Part shown: positions 47,425-57,487 of the stretch, one piece after another | How the letters are laid out: each line of letters opens with the position of its first letter | How positions within the stretch are numbered: the first letter of the stretch is position 1 | Source of the DNA: an uncultured Verrucomicrobiae bacterium | GTDB lineage: Bacteria; Verrucomicrobiota; Verrucomicrobiia; Chthoniobacterales; JAFAMB01 | Assembly (NCBI GenBank): GCA_963762565.1 | Contig: CAVXLD010000004.1 | Coordinates: 113,774 to 177,773 of the forward strand | Length of the DNA: 64,000 bases | Reading direction: 5' to 3' | Program-made: the position numbers and the translations under genes | Notes under the pieces: generated by a model | The model's database searches: none | Seen by the model: only the letters and a program-made list of their open reading frames with translations | Told to the model about the DNA's origin: nothing

Positions 47425-48210
47425 TCACATCCCTTGAGCAACTACCCCGTTCTGAAAACTCACCTGGCGATAATTGCCGTCGGGAGTCTGATAGGTGCAC
47501 AGTTGATAGGGTGTATAGTATTCCTCGTATTCTTGAGTGGAAACCGGTTGTCCCCAATATGAATCAATGAGATCGACCGGCATCCCAACGTCGACTTGAT
47601 CGTCTAACAAGTCGTCGCACCAAGTATCAAGCAGAGAAAGAGGATAACCCCAATCGATTAACCCGATAAAATAAGCACGGCTTTGTTCGAGCCGGTTTCT
47701 GCGGTCGATTCTGCCGTCGGGTGTACGCCACAGCTGGTTCGCCATCTTGTTCTCAGCCTGTTGAAATTTCTGATTAATATTGGCAGCAGCCTGTGATCGT
47801 TCCGCTGGAGTGGCAGACTGGGGTTTCACTCCCGGAGGTAAGTTGATGCGCCTCTGGGCGCTTCCTTGAGACGACGAAAGCGACTGAGAGGCCGCTGACA
47901 AGTTCGCACCATTCAATTGTGGCCCGGAGTCTTTAGCTCTGGCCTTGGCAACGTTATTTGTCGGGTCTTGTGCGGCACCAGCCTGATTCTGCCTCGACCG
48001 AGGATCGAAAACCAGAGGCCCGCTATCGCCTCGGACTTCTCCTGGCCTGTAACCGTTATAGTAGAGCCCATGTGCCATCGTCCTTCCGTCGGAAGCTAGA
48101 ACGCGACCACCCAGCGCGGCAGATCCAGCTCGCGATTGATGGACATCCGAAGCCTCTAAGCTCATCGAAGCCGAGACGCCAATGGCGAACAAAATGAATA
48201 CGACCTTCAT
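47425..48210 (-). CDS. Secreted hypothetical protein
   Basis: Signal MKVVFILFAIGVSA; C-terminal GM.......WGQP motif. Confidence 0.7.
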   Translation of the reverse strand: MKVVFILFAIGVSASMSLEASDVHQSRAGSAALGGRVLASDGRTMAHGLYYNGYRPGEVRGDSGPLVFDPRSRQNQAGAAQDPTNNVAKARAKDSGPQLNGANLSAASQSLSSSQGSAQRRINLPPGVKPQSATPAERSQAAANINQKFQQAENKMANQLWRTPDGRIDRRNRLEQSRAYFIGLIDWGYPLSLLDTWCDDLLDDQVDVGMPVDLIDSYWGQPVSTQEYEEYYTPYQLCTYQTPDGNYRQVSFQNGVVAQGM

Positions 48211-48468
48211 AAAAACCCCCGAGAAGTCTGCTTGAGGCTTGTAACCTCCAATCGAACAGGGAGCAGACACTGTTCCATAAGATATTATAGCACAATCGGA
48301 GCGATTAGCGGGCCGTTCGTGCTCGCGATGAAGTACTCAGTAGGCGAGTAGGTCAGTAACCATTTTGAGTTAGCGCTAAGACCATTTCTGAATTGATCAC
48401 TGTTCTACTGATCACTGACTCACTGACTACTTGGAGTGCAAAAAGAAGGAGCGAAGATTGCAAAACGC

Positions 48469-50709
48469 CTACAGCGCGTAATCCCCAGAATACTCCCGCA
48501 TATGGAGACCGCGGATCAGCTGCGCGCATTCATGTAACCCTTCCGCAACTCCATGGTAACGGCCGACGAGATCCAACGTTCGCAAAGGTGCTTCTAAGCT
48601 GTGTCCGTCAAGAATTCCTCGATCACGAATCTCTTCAACGATATGATCGATCTCCGCTAGCGCGCCATCCAACCCGGGGAAATCGCGCTGAAAATCTTCT
48701 TTGCGAAAGGCTTCCCGAAATGCTTCCAACAGCTGGCTGAACTCTGTTTCTATTTGTTGGAAGGGCGGCCCCAAGAATTCTTCCGTTACTTCCGGTAAAA
48801 GATGCCGGTGCGAAAGAAGATGGCGGATCCGATTCGGCACCGCTTGCAACAGATGAACCAACGCGATAACTCTCGCCCTTTCCTCTTCAGAAAACCGGTG
48901 ACTACGAATCTGGCGAACCGCTTGCAGCGCTTCTACCGATAGAATCACCAACCGAGTTTGAACTCTCTCCTGATCTGGTTCGCGCTGGAGTAAGGCGTTC
49001 GTATCTTTGAAGAGAGTAAGTAGATCGTCTCTGAGCAAGGTCTGAGGTAACGTGGGCCAAAGCAACCTACCGACGACGGTCGCAATCGCTAACCCGGCGA
49101 TCATTCCAAGAAATGTCTCGATAATCGTGAGAGACGGCACCGGATGTTGCGGATCGAGCCCGACAAAGGTGCTGATCGTCAGTAAGGCCATCTGAATCCA
49201 AAACGTGATTGCACCGATTTTGGCCAAGCAGTAGCCGAACGCGAATAGAATCGCGAACAACACCAGATTCATTACGATGTAATTCGACAAGTACGGCGTG
49301 GTAAGAAGGAGCACGATCGCGCATCCGATTAACGCTAACGAACCTTTAAAGCCGTTCTGAAAAGCTCGAAGATCGCCCGTGCCACCCGATCGAATATACG
49401 GTCGGCCGAACAATGTCATCGTCCAAGCCATCAGGGTCAACGCGGCTGGACCAGGTGGATTGATCCACAACAGTAACACGACCGAAATGGTTGCAGCGAG
49501 GGCTCCTTTAATTCCAACCTTGACCCAAAACCAGTCGATCCTAGGTAAGAGATCCCATTGCGGTTTGGACTCCGGTAGAGGTTGGCCGGTCCGCGGCAGA
49601 CCCTCGATATTGGCACGGATATTATTGAACTCGTCGCGAAGAGACCGGAGAGCGGCAAAATGTCCAGCAAATGCCATGGTCGTCTCTAAAGGTTGAGCCT
49701 TTAGAAAACCCTCGGTACGAATCTTCAGCACTTTGCGCTCGAGATCATCGATGGCTTCGTTCAAAGAACTCGAGGGGAGTTTTCGGCCGGGGCGATGAAA
49801 CATCTTTAAGATCGCACCTTCCTCCTTAATCGCCGCGCTTACCTTCGCGAGCTCGTCTCGCAGCCGTTCGACGATCGGTATATCGACAAGACGTTTTTCG
49901 GCCAGATAAAGGGACCCATGAAATAGGCTTATCAGCGAGACCAGGAAAGAATTGTAATTGGAAACCCGGGATGAAAAAAATACGCTCTCCCGGTTGCCGT
50001 TATTTAACAGGTCTTTAAGAACCGCTAACCGGTGCGAGAACTCTGCCCGGATTTCTCCGATCTTCTCAGGGCCTTTCTGACCTTCGGCATACGCCGCACT
50101 CTCGAGTGACACAAAATCAGTGATGGTCGCTAGAGCAGCACAACTCGCCACCATAAACTCTTCTCGAGCGTAACGGGGCCAGATGATCGTCATTACTAGA
50201 AGCGCGCACATGGCTCCCGTTAAAATCTCCTCCGTGCGAGTCAGCCCGATATACCAAGCCTGATCTGGAGTCGGCACCCCGTTCGTAACCACCGTGAGCG
50301 TTGTCAGACCGACTAGGAAATAGGCATAGGGAACTTGGCGAGCGCCGACTTGGCCAAACTTATAGCTGCTAATGGCCATCACGAGAAACAGGAGCGGCAA
50401 GAAGATCGCCGGCGTCGACGTGTAGTCGCCGACGATCCAGACACCGATGATCGCCCCACCGATAGTCCCCGTAACCCGCATCACCGCCTTCAACGCCATC
50501 GAGCCGACGAATTGGGAGGTGGTCATCACCAGCACGGTGAGGATGGCCCAACTATCGTGCGGCAAACGCAAAAGCTGCGTGACGAGCAATGCTGATAGCC
50601 CAGCTAGCCCGGTCTTTATCCCATTCCTTACCGCGCGATCGCCAAAAAAATCTTGCAGCAGCCAATGCCATTTCCGCGGCAAAGGAATGGCTTCAGTCTT
50701 GGAGCTCAT
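48469..50709 (-). CDS. FUSC family inner-membrane efflux protein
   Basis: Duplicated TM repeats, WAILTV, K..MR..GT..GA, R.EEI..G, IWP. Confidence 0.88.
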   Translation of the reverse strand: MSSKTEAIPLPRKWHWLLQDFFGDRAVRNGIKTGLAGLSALLVTQLLRLPHDSWAILTVLVMTTSQFVGSMALKAVMRVTGTIGGAIIGVWIVGDYTSTPAIFLPLLFLVMAISSYKFGQVGARQVPYAYFLVGLTTLTVVTNGVPTPDQAWYIGLTRTEEILTGAMCALLVMTIIWPRYAREEFMVASCAALATITDFVSLESAAYAEGQKGPEKIGEIRAEFSHRLAVLKDLLNNGNRESVFFSSRVSNYNSFLVSLISLFHGSLYLAEKRLVDIPIVERLRDELAKVSAAIKEEGAILKMFHRPGRKLPSSSLNEAIDDLERKVLKIRTEGFLKAQPLETTMAFAGHFAALRSLRDEFNNIRANIEGLPRTGQPLPESKPQWDLLPRIDWFWVKVGIKGALAATISVVLLLWINPPGPAALTLMAWTMTLFGRPYIRSGGTGDLRAFQNGFKGSLALIGCAIVLLLTTPYLSNYIVMNLVLFAILFAFGYCLAKIGAITFWIQMALLTISTFVGLDPQHPVPSLTIIETFLGMIAGLAIATVVGRLLWPTLPQTLLRDDLLTLFKDTNALLQREPDQERVQTRLVILSVEALQAVRQIRSHRFSEEERARVIALVHLLQAVPNRIRHLLSHRHLLPEVTEEFLGPPFQQIETEFSQLLEAFREAFRKEDFQRDFPGLDGALAEIDHIVEEIRDRGILDGHSLEAPLRTLDLVGRYHGVAEGLHECAQLIRGLHMREYSGDYAL

Positions 50710-50715
50710 AGAGAA

Positions 50716-50962
50716 GGAGCTAGGAGCTAGAATCTAGGAGCTAGTAGGACGTATCGGCGTATGGGCGTATCGGCGTATCGGCGTGTCAGCCTGTTGGCAT
50801 ATCGGCGCCAAAAAGCGTCAGGACTCATAACAACAAATACGAACTCTAACGAACCGGATCATCTTATTATTCCCGTACGTTTCTTTGAGTTATCTCAGTT
50901 CGGAAAACGCTACGATGCAATTGAACGCCCATACGCCGATACGGCCACACGCCGACACGTTT
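50716..50962. repeat. (CTAGGAG)n heptamers and inverted (GGCGTATS)n/(ATACGCC)n tracts
   Basis: Direct inspection. Confidence 0.75.
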
Positions 50963-50965
50963 CTC

Positions 50966-51874
50966 CTACGGCGCCTTCTTCTCCTTCGCTTCCTCCGTCG
51001 ACTCAACTTCTGGAAGCATCGACACCGAAATGGTTTGGCCGATCCTTAACGGGACCGGCGGTGTTCCCGTCACGTGTATCCGCACCGGGAACCGTTGAGG
51101 GAGACGAACCCAATCGATGGTCTGGCTAACCGAGGGTAACAGACCGGTGGAAGTGCTACCTGAGCCATCCTGCACATAAATCCCCCAGCCGATACTTCGA
51201 ACCACGCCTTCGAAGGGTTTTTTCTCGTAACCGATAATCACGATTTTCGCTTTTTGCCCGACTTGAATGTGCGGTAGCTGAGTCTCTTTGAAGTAGCCGG
51301 CCACCCAGAACGAATCAGTGTCAACCAGAGCTAACAATTGGTTTCCTGCTGTTACGTAGGTGCCCGGGCTCGTGTTCACATTCGTAACGTACCCGTCCAC
51401 CGGGGCCACAACCGTGGTGTAGCTTAGATTGAGTTGAGCCAGCTCGAGATTGGCTTTGGCAGACACGACTTGGGCCTGCGCAGCGAAAAACGCATCCTGC
51501 GCATTCTGAAAATCCTGCTGGGCCGAAACGTGCTTTTGGTAAAGATCGGTCTGCCGGTCGAGATCCTGTTGCTTTTGTTTTAGGTTCGCCTCGGCATTTT
51601 GCACCTGACCCGTCGTGACATCGACCTGCGCCTTGAAATCGGAAGGATCAATCTGGAATAGCAGTTCACCTTTTTTCACCCGCTGATTATCCCGGAGTGG
51701 AATGTTAATGATGGGCCCGGAAACCCGGGGCGCGATTCCAACAACGTTAGCGCGGACCTGACCATCTCTCGTCCAAGGATTCTCTATATAGTTGGAATAG
51801 AGCGAAACGCCGGCCCAAACCGCCAACGCAATGAGAACGAACGTAATGAAGTAATTGAGAAGCCTAACCTTCAT
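50966..51874 (-). CDS. HlyD-family membrane fusion protein (AaeA-like)
   Basis: PWTRDGQVRA, IAPRVSG, APVDGYVTN, YFKETQL, WVRLPQRFPVRI; start MKVRL at 51874. Confidence 0.92.
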   Translation of the reverse strand: MKVRLLNYFITFVLIALAVWAGVSLYSNYIENPWTRDGQVRANVVGIAPRVSGPIINIPLRDNQRVKKGELLFQIDPSDFKAQVDVTTGQVQNAEANLKQKQQDLDRQTDLYQKHVSAQQDFQNAQDAFFAAQAQVVSAKANLELAQLNLSYTTVVAPVDGYVTNVNTSPGTYVTAGNQLLALVDTDSFWVAGYFKETQLPHIQVGQKAKIVIIGYEKKPFEGVVRSIGWGIYVQDGSGSTSTGLLPSVSQTIDWVRLPQRFPVRIHVTGTPPVPLRIGQTISVSMLPEVESTEEAKEKKAP

Positions 51875-52095
51875 GGTTGAAACATCCATCCGATCACCGA
51901 GGTCAAAAACACAACGAGCGCCAGAAAGAAAAGAGGAAGATGCCAGACGTACCGCGAGAGGCCGGTGCGCTCCATGATGGCGATCACTAGCCAAGCCGCC
52001 AGAAACCCAAACGTGCCCACCACGACTATCCACGGAATCAAGACTTCCCCGAGCCTCATCTCCGGCCGGCTTATATCTAAGCGAAGCAGTTCCAT
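51871..52095 (-). CDS. DUF1656 (AaeX-like) small membrane protein
   Basis: E......VLIP, RYVWHLPLF motif; ATGA overlap with HlyD gene. Confidence 0.85.
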   Translation of the reverse strand: MELLRLDISRPEMRLGEVLIPWIVVVGTFGFLAAWLVIAIMERTGLSRYVWHLPLFFLALVVFLTSVIGWMFQP

Positions 52096-52154
52096 GCGTT
52101 AGCTGATCAATTGTACCGACTTGTGGATAAGATCAAGCTAAGTTAGCGGCGACG

Positions 52155-52460
52155 CGGAGAAAGGGCGAAAGGGCGAAAGGGCGAAGGGGCGAAGGGGCGA
52201 AGGCGCACCCTGGAGGGGAGCCGCTTTGGCGCACGCCCACGCGAACCCGCCTATTTTTTCGCAACGTTTGCTTTGGCCTGTTCCCTCGGCAACAGGCGGC
52301 TCCCGCGATCAGCCCAGAGCGTGTTCTCGCCCAGCGCAAAATCGTGACGACGCCAAAACACAGAAACCACGCTGGGTTATCGCCGTACCCTGGAACGTTC
52401 CCGGGAGCCGCCTGTTAAGACGCCAATAGAGCAGCCAACCTACAAAGCGGCTCCCCTCCA
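52155..52460. repeat. (GGCGAARG)n octamer tract plus family B REPIN (52209-52460)
   Basis: GGAGGGGAGCCGCTTT ... AAAGCGGCTCCCCTCC. Confidence 0.85.
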
Positions 52461-52492
52461 CGGTCAGGGGCGCGCGCCGCCATTGGCGTGTT

Positions 52493-52957
52493 CTAGTTCT
52501 CCCCCAACTTTTTCCCCAGGTTCTCCAGCAAAGTCGCGGCAAACGCCATACCCCGGCGGCAATCCTGACTGTTGAATTTACGCAGGAGAGCAAATAACCC
52601 TGGCGCCTCTCCTTTCGTAGCCGAGGCTTGGGCTATCCCTTCCGGGATCGCGCCAGCTAAACGGGCCAGCAAATCGGGATCGATCCCGCCCAATAGCTTG
52701 CTCAACAAAAGCAGATTCCGAATCGCCCGAATATTCTCCGGTGTATTCGCCGTTTCCACGGCCGCCTCTAGTATAAAATCGCTGGAACTCACCGCCCCTT
52801 TCAATGTATCCAGGACGCCGCGGTCGTGTAACCCTTGAAGTAAATCATAGACCGCCAACAATGCCTCCGCGTGTTCCGCCGGAGCCTGTTCCAAGCGACT
52901 ACGCAGTTCTTCGTGCGCATCCCGGGGAGGTGGTTCGAATTTGATGGGTGCAGCCAT
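52493..52957 (-). CDS. DUF1641 (YjgD-like) protein
   Basis: MAAPI, LHDRGVLD, GLFALLRKF...D.RRG; follows the FDH gene. Confidence 0.85.
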   Translation of the reverse strand: MAAPIKFEPPPRDAHEELRSRLEQAPAEHAEALLAVYDLLQGLHDRGVLDTLKGAVSSSDFILEAAVETANTPENIRAIRNLLLLSKLLGGIDPDLLARLAGAIPEGIAQASATKGEAPGLFALLRKFNSQDCRRGMAFAATLLENLGKKLGEN

Positions 52958-52963
52958 ATGACC

Positions 52964-55900
52964 TTACTCCGATGCTTCGGTTCCCGCTTGGTTCCCCGGG
53001 CTGGCGTTGCTCCCTGGCAGCTTTGGCGAAACAGGAAGCGCCGCTCGCTGGCCCGCTCCATTACCCGTTCCAGGCAGATGATAATCCGGGCGTTTCCATT
53101 TCCGCTCAACTTCTACTCCACGCTGAGGGGTCGGATGTCCGAAACGGAAATTATTCCGGGGAAGCGGTGATTCACCCTGTTCACCGAGCAAAGTTAATTT
53201 TACCGCGGTCTCTTTGTAAGCCGGAGTGTGAGTGGTGCGGTCAGTGAAACTACTGGTTAACAGGTTCACCGGATGTTCACTCGAGTTCATCGGCATATAA
53301 AGTTCGTGACCGTGCACTCGATCGGTCACTAGCGCCCGGACTTTCACCTGACCACGCCGCGAGATAAGCTGAACCCAAGCTCCGCTCTCTATCTTGCGTT
53401 CGGCAGCCAGCTCCGGTGAAATCTCCACCCAGTTATCCGGCGTTTTCTCTTTAATCCCCTGAACCCGATAGGTCATGTTCCCTTCATGGAAATGCTCCAG
53501 TAGCCGGCCGTTGTTCAGGTGGAGATCGAACTCTGCATCAACCTGTTCCGAGGGTTCGATCCATTGGAGCGGATAAAACCGCGCTTTACCATCGGGGAAA
53601 TTGAACTGCTTGGTGTAGAGCAACGGTTCGTCAGTGCCATCCGGATGTACCGGCCATTGCAGACATTTGTAGCCTTCAAGCCTCTCATAGGTGACACCGG
53701 CAAACATTGGGGTAAGTGAAGCAATTTCCGTCATGATTTCAGACGGATGCTGGTAGTTCCAATTCGCCCCTAACCGGTTCGCCACCTCTTGGATGATTCG
53801 CCAATCCGGCTTCGTATCGCCCAATGGCTCAAGCACCTGATAAAGACGCTGAATCCGTCGTTCCGTGCTGGTGAAAGTCCCCTCTTTTTCAAAGCTCGGC
53901 GAAGCCGGCAACACCACATCCGCAAACCGGCAGGTGTCCGTGAAAAAGATATCCTGCATCACAAAGAACTCGAGTTTCTCAAACGCGCCATCCACCAGCT
54001 TGACGTTGGAATCTACCAAGCCCATCTCTTCGCCGTACATATACATGGCCCGGAGTTTCCCCTCATAAATGGCGTCGACCATCTCATGATTGTCCAGACC
54101 TCGTTCGGGCGAGATGGTTACCTGCCAGGCTTTTTCAAAACGCCCGCGCGCTTCGGCGTCCTTCAGCAACTGGTACCCGGGAAAGCGATCCGGCATCGCT
54201 CCCATATCGGAAGCGCCTTGGACATTGTTATGGCCTCGCAACGGATAAGCACCCGTGCCGGGACGCATGTAGTTGCCGGTTACCAACAACAAATTGGAGA
54301 TCGCGGTTGATGTATCCGATCCGTTTGCATGTTGAGTCACTCCCATCGCCCAACAAATGGCGACGCCATCGGCCGCGACCACCATCTCTGCCACTTGTTC
54401 AAGAGTTGCTTTCGGAATCTCGCAGACGGTTTCTGCGAACTCCATGGTAAACGGCTCCAGGCTCTTTTTATAATCCTCGAAATCCTTCACCCATTCGTTG
54501 ATAAATTCCATCTTGGCGAGGCCGCGATCAATCACATAACGGCTTATGGCCGACAACCAAACCAGATCCGTCCCCGGACGCGGTTGCAGATGAATGTCAG
54601 CCCTGCGCGCCATCTCATTTTTACGGAGATCAGCCACGATCAGTTTTTGACCCCGCAGCTTGTGGGACTGCTTGATCCGCGTTGCCAGCACTGGATGGCT
54701 TTCGGCCGTATTCGCGCCAACGATGATCACTAAGCCAGCTGCTTCGATGTCTTTGACGGAGCCAGAGTCGCCGCCGTAACCGACGGTTCGAAACAAGCCC
54801 GCAGTAGCGGGTGATTGGCAGTACCGCGAACAATTATCGACATTGTTAGTACCCACCACCGCCCGAGCGAGTTTCTGCATCAAATAGGCTTCTTCATTTG
54901 TGCATTTCGACGAAGCAATGAACCCGAGCGCGTCTGCTCCATGCGCCTTCTTTAGCTCTGTCAGCTTTCTGGCCACGAAATCGAGCGCCTCATCCCAGGT
55001 AGCCTCACGAAAACGACTTCCCTCCCGGATCAGTGGTTTGGTTAACCGCTCTTTATCGTTCACGAAGTCCCATCCGAACTTGCCTTTTACGCAGGTGGAA
55101 ATGCCGTTGGTGGGACCTTCCAGGGGTTCGACCTTAAGGATGTGACGGCCTTTTGTCCAAACCTCGAAACTGCAACCAACGCCGCAGTAGGTGCAGACCG
55201 TCTTTGTCCGGCGAATTCGCGACTCGCGCATTTCCGATTCCACTTCTGAAACCTTGAGAATCGAGCCATAGCCGACCTCGGGCTCCACACCCTTTACCAG
55301 ATCAATCATCCCGTTGAGCGTCTTCTGCGGAGTCGCCGTCATGTAGCCGGCTTCACCCAGCATTGACTTTTCCATTAGAGCGTTACAAGGGCACACGGTC
55401 ACGCAGTGTCCGCAGGATACACAGCTAGACTCGCCAATTGTTTTTCCTCCGTCCCAGAGAACACGCGGATGTGGGTCTTCCCATCGAATCGATAACGTCT
55501 CGTTGACCTGGAAATTCTGGCAGGCCTCTACGCAACGCCCGCAAAGAATGCACTGGTCCGGATCATACCGGTAGAACGGATTGGTATAATCGGCTTGATA
55601 CGGTTTAGGCTGGTAAGGCGTTTTTTGATGCTCGACTTGCAAGAGCTTAGTCGTGTTATGAACCGTGCAATTGCCGTTGTTATTGTCACAAACCGTGCAG
55701 TAGAGCAGGTGATTCCCTAAAATCCGGTCAAACGCTTCGTTTTGTGCGGCTTTGGCTCTTGGCGAGTCCGAAAAAACTTCCATCCCGGCCGATACCTGCG
55801 TTCCACAAGCTCTGGCCAGGGTTCCGTTGATTTCTACCAAACAGGTATCGCAGGTCTGTATGGGGCCAAGCTGTGGATGATAACAGACTTGGGGAAGCGT

Positions 55901-56035
55901 TTTGGTCACCCGGTTAATGACATCAACCAACCGTTCGCCCTGTGATGCATCATAGGATGAGCCATTAATTTGAATCTTCATGGCGGCTGTTGCTTTCTCC
56001 GGCCGCCTTGGTGGCCTTCGTATCTGTCGCGCCAT
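52964..56035 (-). CDS. fdhF: Formate dehydrogenase alpha subunit (YjgC/FdhF-like molybdopterin oxidoreductase)
   Basis: N-terminal Fe-S motifs, CTYCGVGC, NNVDNCSRYCQ, PLRGHNNVQG, TPAYKE. Confidence 0.92.
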   Translation of the reverse strand: MARQIRRPPRRPEKATAAMKIQINGSSYDASQGERLVDVINRVTKTLPQVCYHPQLGPIQTCDTCLVEINGTLARACGTQVSAGMEVFSDSPRAKAAQNEAFDRILGNHLLYCTVCDNNNGNCTVHNTTKLLQVEHQKTPYQPKPYQADYTNPFYRYDPDQCILCGRCVEACQNFQVNETLSIRWEDPHPRVLWDGGKTIGESSCVSCGHCVTVCPCNALMEKSMLGEAGYMTATPQKTLNGMIDLVKGVEPEVGYGSILKVSEVESEMRESRIRRTKTVCTYCGVGCSFEVWTKGRHILKVEPLEGPTNGISTCVKGKFGWDFVNDKERLTKPLIREGSRFREATWDEALDFVARKLTELKKAHGADALGFIASSKCTNEEAYLMQKLARAVVGTNNVDNCSRYCQSPATAGLFRTVGYGGDSGSVKDIEAAGLVIIVGANTAESHPVLATRIKQSHKLRGQKLIVADLRKNEMARRADIHLQPRPGTDLVWLSAISRYVIDRGLAKMEFINEWVKDFEDYKKSLEPFTMEFAETVCEIPKATLEQVAEMVVAADGVAICWAMGVTQHANGSDTSTAISNLLLVTGNYMRPGTGAYPLRGHNNVQGASDMGAMPDRFPGYQLLKDAEARGRFEKAWQVTISPERGLDNHEMVDAIYEGKLRAMYMYGEEMGLVDSNVKLVDGAFEKLEFFVMQDIFFTDTCRFADVVLPASPSFEKEGTFTSTERRIQRLYQVLEPLGDTKPDWRIIQEVANRLGANWNYQHPSEIMTEIASLTPMFAGVTYERLEGYKCLQWPVHPDGTDEPLLYTKQFNFPDGKARFYPLQWIEPSEQVDAEFDLHLNNGRLLEHFHEGNMTYRVQGIKEKTPDNWVEISPELAAERKIESGAWVQLISRRGQVKVRALVTDRVHGHELYMPMNSSEHPVNLLTSSFTDRTTHTPAYKETAVKLTLLGEQGESPLPRNNFRFGHPTPQRGVEVERKWKRPDYHLPGTGNGAGQRAALPVSPKLPGSNASPGNQAGTEASE

Positions 56036-56171
56036 CGGACTTCGACCAGCCCAGTCGAGTCGCTTGACGACGGTTAATGCGAAGATCCTATATGGGAGGC
56101 GGTTACCGGATCTGTTACACTAGTCTCGTGCGTGGCCGCCATTCAGCAAAACGGAAATGTTTGGTACTTTT

Positions 56172-57056
56172 CTACGGGGCTTTGACACTTTTCGCTCGGG
56201 CCGCACCTGGAGATGTCCCGGTCAGACGTCGATAGAATCGAACGAAGTAAGAGACATTCCGAAAATTAAGCCGGTAAGCGATCTCAGAAATGGTGAGATC
56301 GGTATAGGTCAAGAGCCGGCGCGCTTCGAGCAAGGTTCGATCCCGGATCCAAACACTAGGAGATTTTCCAGTCTCGGAAAGGACGGCGTTAACAAAGGCG
56401 CGCGAATCGACCGAGAGGGCGGAGACAAAATGATTGGCGCGATAAAATTTACCCTGTTCTTTTTCGAGCAGCGCCAGAAACCGATTTGTTAACGGGCGAA
56501 AATGGTCTGTGGCTTCGACTTCGCCTGGACCTCGGCAAAGCCGGCGCAATGAAATGAGGATACTCGTAATCTGAGTCCTAAGCATCTCGTCTCGAAATTC
56601 TTCACTGGTGCAGAACTCGCGAGCCAGATCTTCGAATTTTGTTCTAAGCAGGTCGTAGGCGCCGCCGACCTCGATCTGCCTTTTCGCGGTCGCGCTCCAT
56701 TGCGTTAGCTCGTGCAACAAGCGATAGGGCCGCTCGGTTTGGCTGAAGAGAAGCGTGGGTTCAATCGAAAGGATGTATCCATGCAAAGTGTCTTTTGCTT
56801 CCCAGGTATGCACTTGGCCCGGTGGGATAAAGATCAGACTGCCTGCCTTGATCGGGTAGCTCTGATCATCCTGGATGAAGGTCCCGGTTCCCGACTCGAT
56901 CCAGGCCACATGATAAAAATCGTGCCGATGAGGGATATGCCGGAAAGGCACGCGTTGCACCAATTTCTGGAGAGAAATACCGAGGCGATCGTCAACTTGA
57001 GTGCGGCCGCTGGCCAAGCGAAACAACGGGATCTTTAGGGGCTTGATCGACGCCAT
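56172..57056 (-). CDS. AraC family transcriptional regulator
   Basis: Cupin PHRHDFY, PGQVH; C-terminal EARRLL..TDLTISEIAY.L.F...SYF.RF. Confidence 0.92.
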   Translation of the reverse strand: MASIKPLKIPLFRLASGRTQVDDRLGISLQKLVQRVPFRHIPHRHDFYHVAWIESGTGTFIQDDQSYPIKAGSLIFIPPGQVHTWEAKDTLHGYILSIEPTLLFSQTERPYRLLHELTQWSATAKRQIEVGGAYDLLRTKFEDLAREFCTSEEFRDEMLRTQITSILISLRRLCRGPGEVEATDHFRPLTNRFLALLEKEQGKFYRANHFVSALSVDSRAFVNAVLSETGKSPSVWIRDRTLLEARRLLTYTDLTISEIAYRLNFRNVSYFVRFYRRLTGTSPGAARAKSVKAP

Positions 57057-57122
57057 CGTAACAGGGGAAGATACAGGATGGGCCGAGATTAGGTTGGACG
57101 CAAGGTTCGCAACGCCCAGCTC

Positions 57123-57250
57123 GGTGGGGCGAGGGCCTGCCACGCCATAGGCTTGGCGAAGGCGGGCTCCCGAACGGCCTTAAAGACTTCCCGGAGGCTG
57201 CGACGTCGAATGACGATTATGTGTTTTGGACCAATGCGCTCGCCGAGCCG
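57123..57250. repeat. Family A REP arm (N71) interrupted by a 30-nt insert at 57136-57165
   Basis: ggtggggcgag[insert]gctcc-N71-gccgagccg. Confidence 0.8.
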
Positions 57251-57487
57251 TGTCTATGGTGTGGCAGCCATCTAACGGTTCGAACTGGATTGGCGCCAAG
57301 CCCGACCTACCGATGGCTCACCAATGACCATTGCACATGATGGCCCCGAGAACGCAGTGAACGAACGTGAACGGTGCGCAGCGTGGAAAATCCGGGGAGG
57401 GCGCGCGTCCCCGCGCACCGCGAGGACTTCGCGGCAAGCAAATCTGGCACTCACCTGGGCTATGATGTAGAACCGCTTCGCGGTAAG

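Noticed and set aside
54815..54850. Selenocysteine recoding in the formate dehydrogenase
   Set aside because: The ORF is uninterrupted and the active-site region reads NCSRYCQ with Cys codons
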